This document shows, in pieces, positions 8,620 to 19,523 of a stretch of DNA of 44,692 nucleotides. The DNA lies in NCBI GenBank assembly GCA_003697105.1, contig RFFQ01000166.1, positions 1 to 44,692 on the forward strand, written 5' to 3'. The notes under the pieces are model-generated. The model was not told the origin of the DNA, searched no databases, and saw only the letters and a list, made by a program, of their open reading frames with translations. Each line of letters starts with the position of its first letter. Position 1 is the first letter of the stretch. Origin of the DNA: Gemmatimonadota bacterium. Lineage in GTDB: Bacteria; 4572-55; J002. The translations under genes were made by a program, and so were the position numbers.

Positions 8620-9360
8620 CTACAGCCTAATCCGGGACGAGAGCGCGGCGTGATCAGACCACCGGTCCTGGCGATGCACCATCAATTCCGTAGCAATTAA
8701 CCCTTTGAGATAAATACGATCCAATTGGAGCGCCGGATAAAATGATGGAAAGGTGCGCGCATGGCGCCCGTGCAAGTCCTTAGAGACTTCCACCAGGTTT
8801 AAGGGTTGGGCGAGGTGATGATCTGCCTCACAATTCCAGTCGTTAAAATCACCAGCGACGATAACCGGCGCTTCCGGTGGTAGATGGGTGCTAATGTAGT
8901 GGCGAATCCATAAATACTGCTTGCGGCGAAAGGGCTTGAGCAGACCCAAATGGACACAAAAGGCATGCACCGGCTGGTCTATGCCGGGTACGGCAATTTC
9001 ACTGTGTAACATTCCTCGTTTTTCGCTGGGATGGGCTGAAATATCGATATTTTCCCACCGCAAGATTGGAAAGCGGGAAAGAATTGCATTGCCATAGTGT
9101 CCGTACCGGTGTACCGCATTTTTGCCGTAAACGGCTTCAACGTCGAGCGCGTCTGCTAAAAAGAGATGTTGCGGTTCTTGCCAATCCGCATGTTGGCTGG
9201 ATTTACGCCGGTTTGAGCCGGTCACTTCTTGCAAAAAGATGATGTCTGCTTGGGTGGTATGCAAGGCGTCGCGTAGGTCACGCAGGACGAAGCGACGATT
9301 AAATGAAGAAAACCCTTTGTGGATATTCAGGGTCAATACGTGGAGCGTTGGTAATGTCAT
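8620..9360 (-). CDS. YbhP-like endonuclease/exonuclease/phosphatase
   Basis: LTLNIHKG, LQEV, GNAILSRFP, AGDFNDW, LDRIY, SDHAAL; known type of linkage with cls. Confidence 0.88.
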   Translation of the reverse strand: MTLPTLHVLTLNIHKGFSSFNRRFVLRDLRDALHTTQADIIFLQEVTGSNRRKSSQHADWQEPQHLFLADALDVEAVYGKNAVHRYGHYGNAILSRFPILRWENIDISAHPSEKRGMLHSEIAVPGIDQPVHAFCVHLGLLKPFRRKQYLWIRHYISTHLPPEAPVIVAGDFNDWNCEADHHLAQPLNLVEVSKDLHGRHARTFPSFYPALQLDRIYLKGLIATELMVHRQDRWSDHAALSSRIRL

Positions 9361-9547
9361 GAAACCTCTGAATTAAAGTGAATATAATCCGGTGAGCCGG
9401 AAGGAATTAATAAAAAGGGATGGGGTTTGTCAAATGAAAAGTTTTTTTATTAGGTTTGCCGATTTGATTTGTTGTTGATAATTGATAAATTATGTAAATT
9501 TAAGATTATTTCCTTCTTTGATTACCTCTCCCATAACAACAAAATCA

Positions 9548-9590
9548 TTGCATTTTGAATAAAAATATATATATTCGGAGTATATATTCA
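9548..9590 (+). promoter_or_regulatory. vapBC promoter with two TATATA palindromic operators
   Basis: TTGCAT -35; palindrome AATATATATATT (9564-9575) and near-palindrome GAGTATATATTC (9578-9589). Confidence 0.5.
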
Positions 9591-9632
9591 CCCCATCATC
9601 AGACACCTAAATCGCTCAGGAAAGGCTCAACC

Positions 9633-9866
9633 ATGCAAACGGCAAAACTCTTCCAAAATGGAAAAAGTCAAGCGGTACGGCTACCAAAAGCCTTCCGCTT
9701 TGAGGGGGATCATGTTCTCATCAAAAAGTATGGCGATGCTGTCGTGCTCTTACCGGATCGCCCCTCGTGGAACACACTATTCGATAGCCTTAACCAGTTC
9801 TCCGAGGATTTTATGATCGACCGCCAACAACCCCTCCAGCAAGACCGACAGGAACTGTTCGAGTGA
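9633..9866 (+). CDS. vapB: VapB antitoxin (AbrB/SpoVT fold)
   Basis: MQTAKLFQNGKSQAVRLPKAFRF; GTGA overlap with vapC. Confidence 0.92.
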   Translation: MQTAKLFQNGKSQAVRLPKAFRFEGDHVLIKKYGDAVVLLPDRPSWNTLFDSLNQFSEDFMIDRQQPLQQDRQELFE

Positions 9867-10264
9867 TCTACCTCCTCGATACCAATATCTGCATCTACGT
9901 GATCCAGCACAAACCACCGGAAGTGCGCCAGCACTTTGAACAACACCATATCCGTGACATTGCGGTCTCGGCGATTACCGTTGCCGAGTTGCAATACGGG
10001 GTGGAAAAAAGCCAACAACGTGCTCGCAACCAGCATGCTCTAGATCAATTTTTACTTCCACTGACGATCATCGATTTTGATCACGCCGCGGCGCAGGCTT
10101 ACGGCAAAATTCGCTCAACGCTGGAACAGTGCGGGACGCCCATTGGCGCCCTTGACCTCCAAATTGCCGCCATCGCCCTCAGCCGGAATTTGATCGTCGT
10201 CACCAACAATACGCGTGAGTTCGCCCGTGTTCCCGGGTTAACAGTCGAAAATTGGGTGAGCTAA
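9863..10264 (+). CDS. vapC: VapC PIN-domain toxin
   Basis: YLLDTNICIY, AELQYG, PIGALDLQIAA, VTNNTREF. Confidence 0.93.
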   Translation: MIYLLDTNICIYVIQHKPPEVRQHFEQHHIRDIAVSAITVAELQYGVEKSQQRARNQHALDQFLLPLTIIDFDHAAAQAYGKIRSTLEQCGTPIGALDLQIAAIALSRNLIVVTNNTREFARVPGLTVENWVS

Positions 10265-13200
10265 TTAGCGCCGGTAGTCCTGCCAATTAATGCCATATTT
10301 GCTCATCATGGCGTAAAATTGCGTGCGATTAATGCCTGCCGCCTTCGTTGCCTGCCGGATATTCCCGCCAAACTGGGTCAGCAAATACGTAATAAATTGC
10401 TTTTCCAGAGCCGCAATTCGATCCGCTTTTGCCTGTTTCAGTTGATCCAGCGTCTGGGGGATGACCTCCGCCGCGGGTAGTTGAGCCGTTGGAGCAAGCA
10501 AATCTGCCGGCAGATCGGCTTCGGAAAGGACCGAATCTGACGCAAAAATCATCATGCGCTCAATGATATTTTCCAACTGCCGGATGTTCCCCCGCCAGTC
10601 CTGTTGCATCAAGCGGGTTAGTGCGGTATCCGTAATTTTGGTGATGGTTTTACCCAATTTCGGGTTCAACTTCTGGATAAAATGGCGTACCAACAACGGA
10701 ATATCTTCCCGGCGTTCCCGTAGTGGTGGTAATTGAATGGGTACAACCGCAATCCGGTAGTATAAATCTTCTCGAAATTCATTTTTTTCAATCAAGTCGA
10801 TCAAATCCCGGTGAGTAGCGGCGATCAAGCGGATATCGACCGAGATGTCCCGGTTGCTGCCGATGCGTTGAAACGTACGATCTTGAATCACGCGCAAGAC
10901 CTTCGCCTGTGTGGAAAGTGGCATATCGCCAATTTCATCAAGGAAAAGAGTCCCACCATTCGCCACCTCAAACTTCCCCGGTTTTGACTGAATCGCACCC
11001 GTGAATGCCCCTTTTTCATGCCCAAACAGCTCACTTTCCAGCAAATTTTCCGGCAACGCGGCACAATTGATCGCCACAAATGGCGCTGCTTTGCGCGGGC
11101 TGTTGTAGTGAATTGCCCGCGCGACCAACTCTTTACCCGTGCCGGTCTCACCCGTGATAAGCACGGTCACATTTTGCTCACTGATGACCTCCAATTGGCG
11201 ATACAGTTGTTGCATCGGGCGGGATTTGCCGATAATCTGCCCAAATTGAAAGCGCTCTGAAAGCTGTTCACTCAGCAGGTCGATTTTAGAAACCAGTTTT
11301 TCGGTCAACCGCACATTTTCAATGGCAATCGCCGCTTGTTGGGCAAGTGCGGTGAGGACTAGCAGTTGATCTTTGGAAAAGTGCGGATTTTCGACCGTAG
11401 CATCCACATATAACACCCCTAAAGGGGGATCGGTAGGGGTAACAGATGGGGGGCTGAACTTCAACAAGGGTAAACAGATGATCATTCGCAACTCTAAATC
11501 GACAATACTGCGCGTTACCGGCAGGGTCTGGGTGGAGGTGTCATCCACCACCACCGGTTGAGCCGTTTCGTATGCTTGCCGTACAATGGTGCGGCTAATG
11601 GCAAACTCATCTCCATCTAACGCCTCTCGATTTAAGCCGCGTGCGGTTTGGAAGCGGAGGGTACCCTGTTCATCCGCCAGCATAATAAAGCCGCGTTCCG
11701 CACCGGAGAGCGAGATGACGGCATCCACCGTCCGGTCAATCAAGGTGGGTAAATCTCTAGCTTGATTCAGCGCCGCAATCTGATCCAGTAAGCCAACCGG
11801 TACATCCGTAGGGCGGGTGCTGTTCAGGTAGTACCGGGTTTGATGTGCTTTTGTCCGGTTTTTTAAGTGGTCAAATTGCCGTATCGCCTTTGTTAAGTAA
11901 TGCTGCGCCTGTTCGTACTCTCCTTGTTGCCATGCCAGCAGTCCTGTCAACCGGTCAACTTCTGCCACCCAATACACGTGGGGAAAGTCCTGAAGATGTG
12001 CCTGAAGCCGCTCCAACACACCGGTGAGATGTTCCGCGGACCCTTGCACCAAATGGTACTGCATCACCCGCAAGCCACCCAAAATATGCAGTTCTGGATC
12101 GGGAATCGTGATCTCATCCAGGCGGGCAGCGGAAGGAGAAAGCCACAGCCGGATTAGCATTTCTTCCTTTGTTTGTTGGTGATCTGTCGCCAGTGCCAGT
12201 GCCTCCCGCAGGCAGGTGATAAACGGCTCAACGTCATGGCACTCAAAATGGACTAACCCCAACCAAAAGAAGGCATCGATCCGCGGAACCACGACTGCTT
12301 CAGTAGCGATAATAACCTGCTCAAAATAAGAACGGGCGACATCATATTGTCCCTGAAAATAGGCGATTTTACCTAAGCGCAAGATGCTATCAATCCAGTT
12401 TTTTATTTTTTTAGCGGTCTGAAATTGTTCCGCGGCATAAGCAATCACCTGCTGCGCTTCGGTCACCTCTCCCCGTGCCACCCCAACCCAACTGATATTA
12501 CTAGAAGCAAGTAAAATCCAAATATGTTGTTTTTTCTGCTCGGCAATATCGCGTGTAATGCGATATTGTGCCACCGCGGCGGCAAATTGCCCTTTGCTGT
12601 AATAGACCGACCCCAAATTCAGCGCATTAAGCGCAATCAAGCGCTCCTTACCACTTTGCCGGGCATAGACGAGAGCTTGCTCAAACGATTCAATCGCCGG
12701 GTCATACTGGTAGCTGTTAAAATAGGTTGCCCCGATGTTACCCAACGCCACCGCCATCCCCACCGGATTATCTGATTGTTGGTGGTAGGAAAGTGCCTCC
12801 TCAAAATAACGACGCGCCGTCTGCCAATCCCCTTGGTCGAGGTACACCGTGCCCATATCGGAGATCGAATCTGCCACCAGTTTAAGCTCATTCATCTGTT
12901 TTGCTTGCTCATGTACCTGCCGGTAAATATCAATAGCCTCATCAAACTTTGCCGCTAACCGGTAAAGCCGGGCGATTTCTAACTGCAAATAAAATGCGTC
13001 CTGTTGGCGGTCTTCAAGGTGCTGAACCAATGCCAAGCCTTTTTGATTGTATTGAATCGCAAGGCTGTATAACCCCTGCCGGGTCGCCTGTTTAGAGAGT
13101 TTGGTCACATATTCGTAAGCTTTTTCGTAGTGTTGGGCGGCTTCAAAATGGAAAGCCAAATCCTCCCACGAGTCCCCATTTAGCGCTTCCAAAACGGCAG

Positions 13201-14998
13201 CCAGCCGGGCATGCCACGTCGCCACATCTGCCAAGTGGTGATAAAGTGCTTGTTGATATTCTATCCGGGCTAATTGGTAACCAAATTCAGACTCGGTCAC
13301 CCAGTTATCCCGCAACAAATCGGTCAAAATGCCGTAAATTGCCGGTAAAGGACGCCCGGTAACATCCGCAATAACCTGCGCCGAAACCGGTTGGTGGGCT
13401 ACGGCGAGCCAGTTTAGCACCTGCCGGTCATCTGCCGGTCGTTGTTCCAAGCGGGTGATAAATAAGGCTTCGACATCCAAACTACCTTCAAATTGTGCCA
13501 GTTCCGCATGATGTACGTGCCACTGCCCCTGCCGGTAAACCAACAACCGCTGGTCGATCAAGGTGTGAATCCACTCTTCCGCTTGACCGGGGTTACCCTG
13601 ACTTTGCACCAGCACGGATTCCAGCAACCGGTTGGGGTCATCAATCCGTCCTAATACGAAATAGATTAAATCTTGTAAATCGGTACGGGCGAGCGGACGT
13701 AGTCGGATGTCCGCCGCCGTATGATTTTCTTCAGTATAAAAAATGGGGGTTTGGGTCTGTTCACACAGCTGGTCAAAAATCGCCATAGAGAGGGTATCCC
13801 AGCGATCCCGGTCATCTGCCAGCACGATCATTTGCAGTTCGCTAAGGGCATGTGCCAGATATGCCGCTACCTGATCGTAAAAAAGGTCCTCTGGAGTTTC
13901 CGCTGGGGCAATTCCGGCAAAATCCGGGTGGGTGGGCAGAATTTTGACCAATTGGGGGGCAACATCTTCCGCCGGATAGTGTTGCAGTACCGCCTGCACT
14001 AACGGTTGAAGCGTGATACCACCGGATTTGGGACTCACAACAAACACCGGAAATCCTTCCAATTGAAGCCTAAACTTGATCTCGCGCAGGAGACGGCTTT
14101 TACCAATCCCTTTTTTACCACCGATACTCAGCACGCCGGCGCGTTGGTCGCGGGCAAATTGAATCAGGCGGTCTTGTTCGGCACTCCGATTGACAAAATC
14201 ACCTGTCTTGCAAAAAACGGGTGCGGTCATACCGCTTTCCGTGTGGTAAAGCACCGCTCGCACATCTTCTGCGGTTTGGTAGCGTTCGGCTGGATTTTTT
14301 TGAAGAAGCCGTTCAATGATGCGCCACAGGTCGGGGAAGTCCGTCAAGGGTTGGGGCGATTGGTAGAGATGTCCCTGAATACAATCGGAAATCGTCGCTA
14401 TGGAAAATGGAAACTCCCCACTAATCAGTTGGTAGAGCATCACCCCGAGGGCGTACAAATCCGAGCGGGGGTCATTACGCACGCCGCGAATCCGCTCCGG
14501 GGACATATATGCCAAGGTGCCCGCCAATCCGCTTGTGCGCAGCACTTCAAAATCCGTAGATAAGCCAAAATCCATCAATTTAAAGATGCGCTCCCGGCTC
14601 ATCAGTATATTTTCAGGCTTAATATCGCCATGCACAATGCGCCGCAAGTGTACCACCGCCAAACCCTGACAAACCTGATCGCCAAGATTGCGGACAGACG
14701 CTTCCTGCCCCACAAATGCCGCTGGGGTTAATGCTCCTTCTGGCAGCAATTCCATCGTGAAATAAGCAATGCCCTCATCCGTCATACCAAAATCATGCAC
14801 CTTCAGGATGTTGGGATGATCAAGGCGGGTTAAAATGGAAAATTCACGGCGAAAACGTTCGGAAAACTGCCGTTGAGCCAATTGTTTTAATGCTACGTGT
14901 CGCTCGGCTTGAGTATCCCACGCGGCGAAAACAGTCCCGCTACTCCCTTCACCGAGGCGTTGGTCTAAGATATACCGGTGATCAAATAAGCGATCCAT
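10265..14998 (-). CDS. Multidomain sigma54 enhancer-binding protein: Ser/Thr kinase, P-loop ATPase, TPR, GAF, AAA+ and Fis HTH
   Basis: Kinase motifs [26 protein letters not shown]; second P-loop [13 protein letters not shown] repeats; GAF (GAERGFIML); [30 protein letters not shown]-terminal HTH. Confidence 0.92.
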   Translation of the reverse strand: MDRLFDHRYILDQRLGEGSSGTVFAAWDTQAERHVALKQLAQRQFSERFRREFSILTRLDHPNILKVHDFGMTDEGIAYFTMELLPEGALTPAAFVGQEASVRNLGDQVCQGLAVVHLRRIVHGDIKPENILMSRERIFKLMDFGLSTDFEVLRTSGLAGTLAYMSPERIRGVRNDPRSDLYALGVMLYQLISGEFPFSIATISDCIQGHLYQSPQPLTDFPDLWRIIERLLQKNPAERYQTAEDVRAVLYHTESGMTAPVFCKTGDFVNRSAEQDRLIQFARDQRAGVLSIGGKKGIGKSRLLREIKFRLQLEGFPVFVVSPKSGGITLQPLVQAVLQHYPAEDVAPQLVKILPTHPDFAGIAPAETPEDLFYDQVAAYLAHALSELQMIVLADDRDRWDTLSMAIFDQLCEQTQTPIFYTEENHTAADIRLRPLARTDLQDLIYFVLGRIDDPNRLLESVLVQSQGNPGQAEEWIHTLIDQRLLVYRQGQWHVHHAELAQFEGSLDVEALFITRLEQRPADDRQVLNWLAVAHQPVSAQVIADVTGRPLPAIYGILTDLLRDNWVTESEFGYQLARIEYQQALYHHLADVATWHARLAAVLEALNGDSWEDLAFHFEAAQHYEKAYEYVTKLSKQATRQGLYSLAIQYNQKGLALVQHLEDRQQDAFYLQLEIARLYRLAAKFDEAIDIYRQVHEQAKQMNELKLVADSISDMGTVYLDQGDWQTARRYFEEALSYHQQSDNPVGMAVALGNIGATYFNSYQYDPAIESFEQALVYARQSGKERLIALNALNLGSVYYSKGQFAAAVAQYRITRDIAEQKKQHIWILLASSNISWVGVARGEVTEAQQVIAYAAEQFQTAKKIKNWIDSILRLGKIAYFQGQYDVARSYFEQVIIATEAVVVPRIDAFFWLGLVHFECHDVEPFITCLREALALATDHQQTKEEMLIRLWLSPSAARLDEITIPDPELHILGGLRVMQYHLVQGSAEHLTGVLERLQAHLQDFPHVYWVAEVDRLTGLLAWQQGEYEQAQHYLTKAIRQFDHLKNRTKAHQTRYYLNSTRPTDVPVGLLDQIAALNQARDLPTLIDRTVDAVISLSGAERGFIMLADEQGTLRFQTARGLNREALDGDEFAISRTIVRQAYETAQPVVVDDTSTQTLPVTRSIVDLELRMIICLPLLKFSPPSVTPTDPPLGVLYVDATVENPHFSKDQLLVLTALAQQAAIAIENVRLTEKLVSKIDLLSEQLSERFQFGQIIGKSRPMQQLYRQLEVISEQNVTVLITGETGTGKELVARAIHYNSPRKAAPFVAINCAALPENLLESELFGHEKGAFTGAIQSKPGKFEVANGGTLFLDEIGDMPLSTQAKVLRVIQDRTFQRIGSNRDISVDIRLIAATHRDLIDLIEKNEFREDLYYRIAVVPIQLPPLRERREDIPLLVRHFIQKLNPKLGKTITKITDTALTRLMQQDWRGNIRQLENIIERMMIFASDSVLSEADLPADLLAPTAQLPAAEVIPQTLDQLKQAKADRIAALEKQFITYLLTQFGGNIRQATKAAGINRTQFYAMMSKYGINWQDYRR

Positions 14999-15150
14999 GT
15001 TATAAACCCATGACTATGTCATAAATAAAAAACATAATGATAACCTCTTTTATTGAAAGTAAGTTACTTAAAATAATATATACAAAAAATGTCAATAAAA
15101 AACAACATAATTGACGTCCGTAAGGAACTACCAAAAAGAAAAAACAACCG

Positions 15151-15163
15151 TAAGAACTTGATA
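15151..15163 (-). promoter_or_regulatory. IHF binding site
   Basis: Reverse complement TATCAAGTTCTTA matches WATCAAnnnnTTR, about 30 bp upstream of the -24 box. Confidence 0.6.
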
Positions 15164-15193
15164 ATAAATAACTTAATACATATAAAACGGAAA

Positions 15194-15209
15194 TGGTACG
15201 TCATCTGCA
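15194..15209 (+). promoter_or_regulatory. Sigma54 -24/-12 promoter
   Basis: TGGTACGTCATCTGCA has correct GG-N10-GC spacing; it is divergent from the enhancer-binding protein gene and next to an IHF site. Confidence 0.7.
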
Positions 15210-15319
15210 AATTGGAACGTTTCAGATAACTCATTCTCTAGCGAACATCTGGCTTCAATTATCCCACATGTCGTTGCTAGAGTATCCTGATCCATTCTTT
15301 TTTATAAGGAGGTTGCTTC

Positions 15320-17575
15320 ATGAACCGCATGATTTCTTTATCCCTTTTTGTGTTGATTTTCGTTATGGCAACGAGTACGTTTGCCAGTACCGTGACCGGC
15401 ATTGTCACAGATGCCGAATCCGGTGACGCCTTAGCAGGTGTTTTTATGGCACTCCATGCCCGCCATCACCATCCGATGAATACCGTCACCGATGAAAATG
15501 GAGTGTACACCTTTGAGAACGTCGAAGCCGATACCTACATCCTCACGGCAGGGCTGGCGAACTATGAGCGCTTTGAAACCGAAGTTGTCGTGGGTGACGG
15601 CGAAACCGTAGAAGTCAACATCGCACTCGTTCCGTTGGATATACCCGAGGGGGCGGTCATAGGAACGGTCGTAGATAGCGAAAGCGGCGAAGCTATCGCC
15701 GGCGCGATGGTCTCATTACGAGTACACCGCTACTATCATCATGTCCGCACGGATGAAACCGGAGCGTTTCAATTCAATCATGTCCCAGCCGGGGAAGCTG
15801 AATTAGAAGCATATGCCTTTGGATATGAGGAGTACGAAACGGAATTTGAAATAGGAGAAGATGAAACCATCGAAATGACCGTTGAAATGACCGCATTGAA
15901 TATCGAATCCGGTAACGTGATGGGCACGGTGCTGGATGCCGAATCCGGCGAACCAGTGGTGGATGCTCGGGTGGTGCTCCACGGCGAACGGGGACGTCAC
16001 CCGCATAGTTTTTTCGCCCTAACCGATGAAACCGGCGCGTTTGCCTTTGAAAATATTCCGGCGGGCTTGTATGAACTAAGTGTTCGTGTGTTTGGTTACG
16101 AACGATACGATCAAGAGTTGGAGGTTGTCGCTGACGAAACAGTGAATATCACTGTCGAACTCGTACCTTTCCAAGAACCGACCTTCGGGGCACTTACCGT
16201 AACGGTAGTGGACGCGGAAACCCAAGAACCCGTCTCCCGGGCACGGGTGTCGCTCATCCGCACAGAGCGTCCGGGCTTCCACAGCCACCGGTTCACCGAT
16301 GAGGCAGGTTTAGCCGAATTTAACCGCGTCCCAACGGGGGATTACTATCTGCGCGTCCATGCCCGCGGTTATGACACCGCAGAAGCCGAAGTGACCATCA
16401 TGGAAGCAGAAACCACAGAATTAACCCTTGAAATCACACCAACCGCCCCACCGGCATACGGTAGTGTCTCGGGATTCGTCACCGATGAAGAAAGTGGCGA
16501 AGCCATTGCTGGCGCCCGCGTGGTACTCCGCCGGGAAGGGTTCCCCGGACATCACGGGCGGCGAATGTATGTGACGCGCACTGCCGAAGATGGGAGCTTT
16601 ATGTTTGATGAGGTCTTAACCGGTAATTATCGCATCTGGGCTTCCATGTTTGGCTACGAACGGGTGGATTATGTGGAAATCGAAGTCCTTGAAGGTGAAA
16701 ATACCACGGTGGACTTCGCCCTCACCCCCCTTGCCCCACCCGCGTTTGGTACGGTCACCGGTACGGTCTTCGATGCGGAAACCGGTTTACCGCTAGCGGG
16801 TGCACATGTGCGTGCCGTTGCTGCCGGACATCATGGCCGCCCCATTTTCACCCTCACAGATTCACTGGGAATGTACACCTTAGATGTGCCGGTGGGCGTA
16901 CACGATTTCCGCGCCGGACGATTCGGTTATCTCCCCGAAGTTGTTGAAGATGTGGAAATCATGGAAAATGAAACCATTACCCTGGATTTCATCCTGACAC
17001 CGTCCGATTCTGTTGAAATTTTCGGCGGGTTCTCCGTTCATATTCCGGATCAATCGTCACTGGGCGTTCAATTTATCGATCAAACCGACGGGCTGGTGAC
17101 CGATTGGCTCTGGTCATTTGGTGATGGTACCACCAGTCACGAAGCCAACCCGGACCACATCTACACCGAGGAAGGCGTTTACACGGTAACGCTGGAAGTC
17201 TGGAGCAATGATAGCTGGGATTTGGTCATGGAAGAAGACATCGTGGTGGTTCAATTCTCGACCAGTGCCAAACCCGAACAGACGGGTATCGCCGTACCGC
17301 AAGCGACCCGCTTGACGAACTATCCGAATCCGTTCAACCCTAAGACAACAATTGCCTATGAACTCCCACAGACCAGCTCCGTGAATCTATCGATTTATGA
17401 TATTACCGGACGGTTAATTTGGCAAGCCTTAAACGAATCGCAAGAAGCGGGGTCTTATACCATCGAGTGGAACGGAGTCGATCAAAATGGGCATCCGGTA
17501 CAAAGTGGAGTGTATCTATACCGCTTGACAACAGATAGCGGAAGCCTGACGAATAGTATGGTCTTGCTCAAATAA
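15320..17575 (+). CDS. Secreted protein with six carboxypeptidase-regulatory/Cna-B-like repeats, PKD and a FlgD/T9SS-type C-terminal domain
   Basis: Signal peptide; six G.V.D.E[ST]GE....A.V repeats; WSFGDG PKD motif; NYPNPFNP...SGVYLYRL...MVLLK. Confidence 0.88.
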   Translation: MNRMISLSLFVLIFVMATSTFASTVTGIVTDAESGDALAGVFMALHARHHHPMNTVTDENGVYTFENVEADTYILTAGLANYERFETEVVVGDGETVEVNIALVPLDIPEGAVIGTVVDSESGEAIAGAMVSLRVHRYYHHVRTDETGAFQFNHVPAGEAELEAYAFGYEEYETEFEIGEDETIEMTVEMTALNIESGNVMGTVLDAESGEPVVDARVVLHGERGRHPHSFFALTDETGAFAFENIPAGLYELSVRVFGYERYDQELEVVADETVNITVELVPFQEPTFGALTVTVVDAETQEPVSRARVSLIRTERPGFHSHRFTDEAGLAEFNRVPTGDYYLRVHARGYDTAEAEVTIMEAETTELTLEITPTAPPAYGSVSGFVTDEESGEAIAGARVVLRREGFPGHHGRRMYVTRTAEDGSFMFDEVLTGNYRIWASMFGYERVDYVEIEVLEGENTTVDFALTPLAPPAFGTVTGTVFDAETGLPLAGAHVRAVAAGHHGRPIFTLTDSLGMYTLDVPVGVHDFRAGRFGYLPEVVEDVEIMENETITLDFILTPSDSVEIFGGFSVHIPDQSSLGVQFIDQTDGLVTDWLWSFGDGTTSHEANPDHIYTEEGVYTVTLEVWSNDSWDLVMEEDIVVVQFSTSAKPEQTGIAVPQATRLTNYPNPFNPKTTIAYELPQTSSVNLSIYDITGRLIWQALNESQEAGSYTIEWNGVDQNGHPVQSGVYLYRLTTDSGSLTNSMVLLK

Positions 17576-17604
17576 GGACAAATCGACCCCCCCTCCCTAA
17601 AACA

Positions 17605-17647
17605 GACGACCGGCATTACGTTAGCGTAGTGCCGGGCGTCCTGTTTC
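17605..17647 (+). terminator. Stem-loop between the two secreted-protein genes
   Basis: GACGACCGGCATTACG-TTAG-CGTAGTGCCGGGCGTC, with a weak T tail. Confidence 0.6.
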
Positions 17648-17668
17648 ATTGAAATGAGGTGAGTTGGC

Positions 17669-19336
17669 ATGAAGTGGAATCACATATTGTTGGTTATGAT
17701 GAGCTTTCTGTTGGGTTTGGGGCTAATAAACTCTAGCCGCGCTCAAATGGGGAGTGTTTCCGGGCACGTTATAGATGAAAATAGCGGAGAGCCTATCTCC
17801 CGAGCCCGGGTGTATGTGATTGTGGACCGGCATTTCCGCTGGGCATACACCAATCCGGATGGGTTCTATCAAGTTTACGGACTACCGCCCACCGCCGGTG
17901 CCAAAGCGTATGTCAGTATGGAGGCACGCCACGGATTTGAAATTGTCGAATGGTACGACAATAAACCCTCCTTTGAAACAGCGGATTTCATCACCATTCA
18001 GCCGGGACAGACCACAGAAAATATCGATTTTGAAATTGCGTTGCCCCAATTTGGCGCAATTCGCGGGCGGGTCTTTGATGCGGAAACAGAGGATCCTCTC
18101 CGCGCGGAAATCATTATTTTTCAAGCGGAACACCCGGATCGCCCATTATTCCACATCATGCCAGACCCCCATACCGGCACATACGCGACCTATCTTCCGC
18201 CCGGTAGTTATATCCTATTTGCTCGCAGCCACCACCGGGAGAACCCCTATTTTCCCGAATATTATCAAGATAAACCGACGTTTTTACTGGCGGATGTACT
18301 CGAAGTAACCGCAAATGACACCTTATTTGATATTGATTTTGCGCTCGACCCCGTAACACCCCCCTTGCACACCATCAGCGGGCAGGTGCTAAATGACGAA
18401 GATTCACCGTTCAACCAAGCAATGGTCACAGCGGTTTCAATGGAAGCGATCTCGTCATCCGAAGAATGGGACCGCGTGGTATTACCCGGTAAAAGGGATA
18501 CCCCCGAAATCCATCACTTCCCCCGGGAAGGCTGGAGCACCACCCTCACCGACGAAAATGGAAATTACACCCTCGATATTTATACAGAAGATGAATATTT
18601 CATCATGGCACTTCCCCCAGAAGCGCCGGTACTTCTTGCCGGAAATACCCCCAACTGGCTCCTCTCCGATCCGCTCTATGTCAATCAGGATTTAGAGAAT
18701 ATCGATTTTTCAATTGCGATTTTGGATACGGCTCAGGAAACCACCGGGATTCAAGGACGCGTGGTGCGAAATGACGGCGAACCCCTCCGCGGCGTGCGGG
18801 TGTATGCCCTGAATCCAGAAAACGAGGAAATTGTGACCTTTACCCTAACAAACCCCCTCGGCTATTATCGTTTGCGTGGTTTAGAGCCGGATACAAATTA
18901 CCAAATCATTGCCAACCGCCTCGGTTATGATCATGCCGAGTACCCGGAAATTGTTACGACCGGTGCCGTCTATGAAATGATCACCAACATCGACTTTGAA
19001 CTCACGCGGATCACGGCATCTTCAACACCACCGCCGCGGATCACCCTTAGCATTCCTCAAAATGTCGCGCTGTACCCCAACTACCCGAACCCGTTTAATC
19101 CAGCCACCACCATACCGTATCAAATCCAGACCCCACAAGATGTGACCGTTTCCATCTATGATAGCGCCGGCAGATTGATCCGGTACTGGGAGTATCCCCA
19201 GCATCCAGCCGGATCATTCCACATTGAATGGGATGGAACCAACCAGCAACAGGTGCCGCAAAGCAGTGGAATTTACATCTACCGCTTGACGGCCAACCAG
19301 AAGATTCACGAGCGAACAATGGTCTTACTCAAGTAG
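17669..19336 (+). CDS. Secreted carboxypeptidase-regulatory-like repeat protein with a FlgD/T9SS-type C-terminal domain
   Basis: Signal peptide; four repeats with E[WY]Y.NKP...AD motifs and NIDF ends; NYPNPFNP C-terminal domain. Confidence 0.86.
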   Translation: MKWNHILLVMMSFLLGLGLINSSRAQMGSVSGHVIDENSGEPISRARVYVIVDRHFRWAYTNPDGFYQVYGLPPTAGAKAYVSMEARHGFEIVEWYDNKPSFETADFITIQPGQTTENIDFEIALPQFGAIRGRVFDAETEDPLRAEIIIFQAEHPDRPLFHIMPDPHTGTYATYLPPGSYILFARSHHRENPYFPEYYQDKPTFLLADVLEVTANDTLFDIDFALDPVTPPLHTISGQVLNDEDSPFNQAMVTAVSMEAISSSEEWDRVVLPGKRDTPEIHHFPREGWSTTLTDENGNYTLDIYTEDEYFIMALPPEAPVLLAGNTPNWLLSDPLYVNQDLENIDFSIAILDTAQETTGIQGRVVRNDGEPLRGVRVYALNPENEEIVTFTLTNPLGYYRLRGLEPDTNYQIIANRLGYDHAEYPEIVTTGAVYEMITNIDFELTRITASSTPPPRITLSIPQNVALYPNYPNPFNPATTIPYQIQTPQDVTVSIYDSAGRLIRYWEYPQHPAGSFHIEWDGTNQQQVPQSSGIYIYRLTANQKIHERTMVLLK

Positions 19337-19432
19337 CAATATAAATAAATACACACAAATGGATATAAACCTCTTTTCCATGGAGGATATAAGCCAGACA
19401 AAACACAAAAAATGCCGCCTCTAAAAGTAGTT

Positions 19433-19465
19433 AGGTGCGACGCACTTTGAAAGTGCGTCGCACCT
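19433..19465. repeat. Perfect 16-bp inverted repeat (REP-like) between convergent genes
   Basis: AGGTGCGACGCACTTT-G-AAAGTGCGTCGCACCT. Confidence 0.8.
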
Positions 19466-19523
19466 GTTCAGCCAAGGGCACAGATTCAAAAAATATGTAT
19501 GAATAATTCAGGTTAGTTTTGCA

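Noticed and set aside
10260-10269. Palindrome GCTAATTAGC at the vapC / activator junction
   Set aside because: It arises from two abutting TAA stop codons and is too short to call a functional site.
10554-14563. Many plus-strand ORFs inside the large activator gene (and similar shadows in other long genes)
   Set aside because: They are antisense or alternate-frame shadows of well-supported CDSs.
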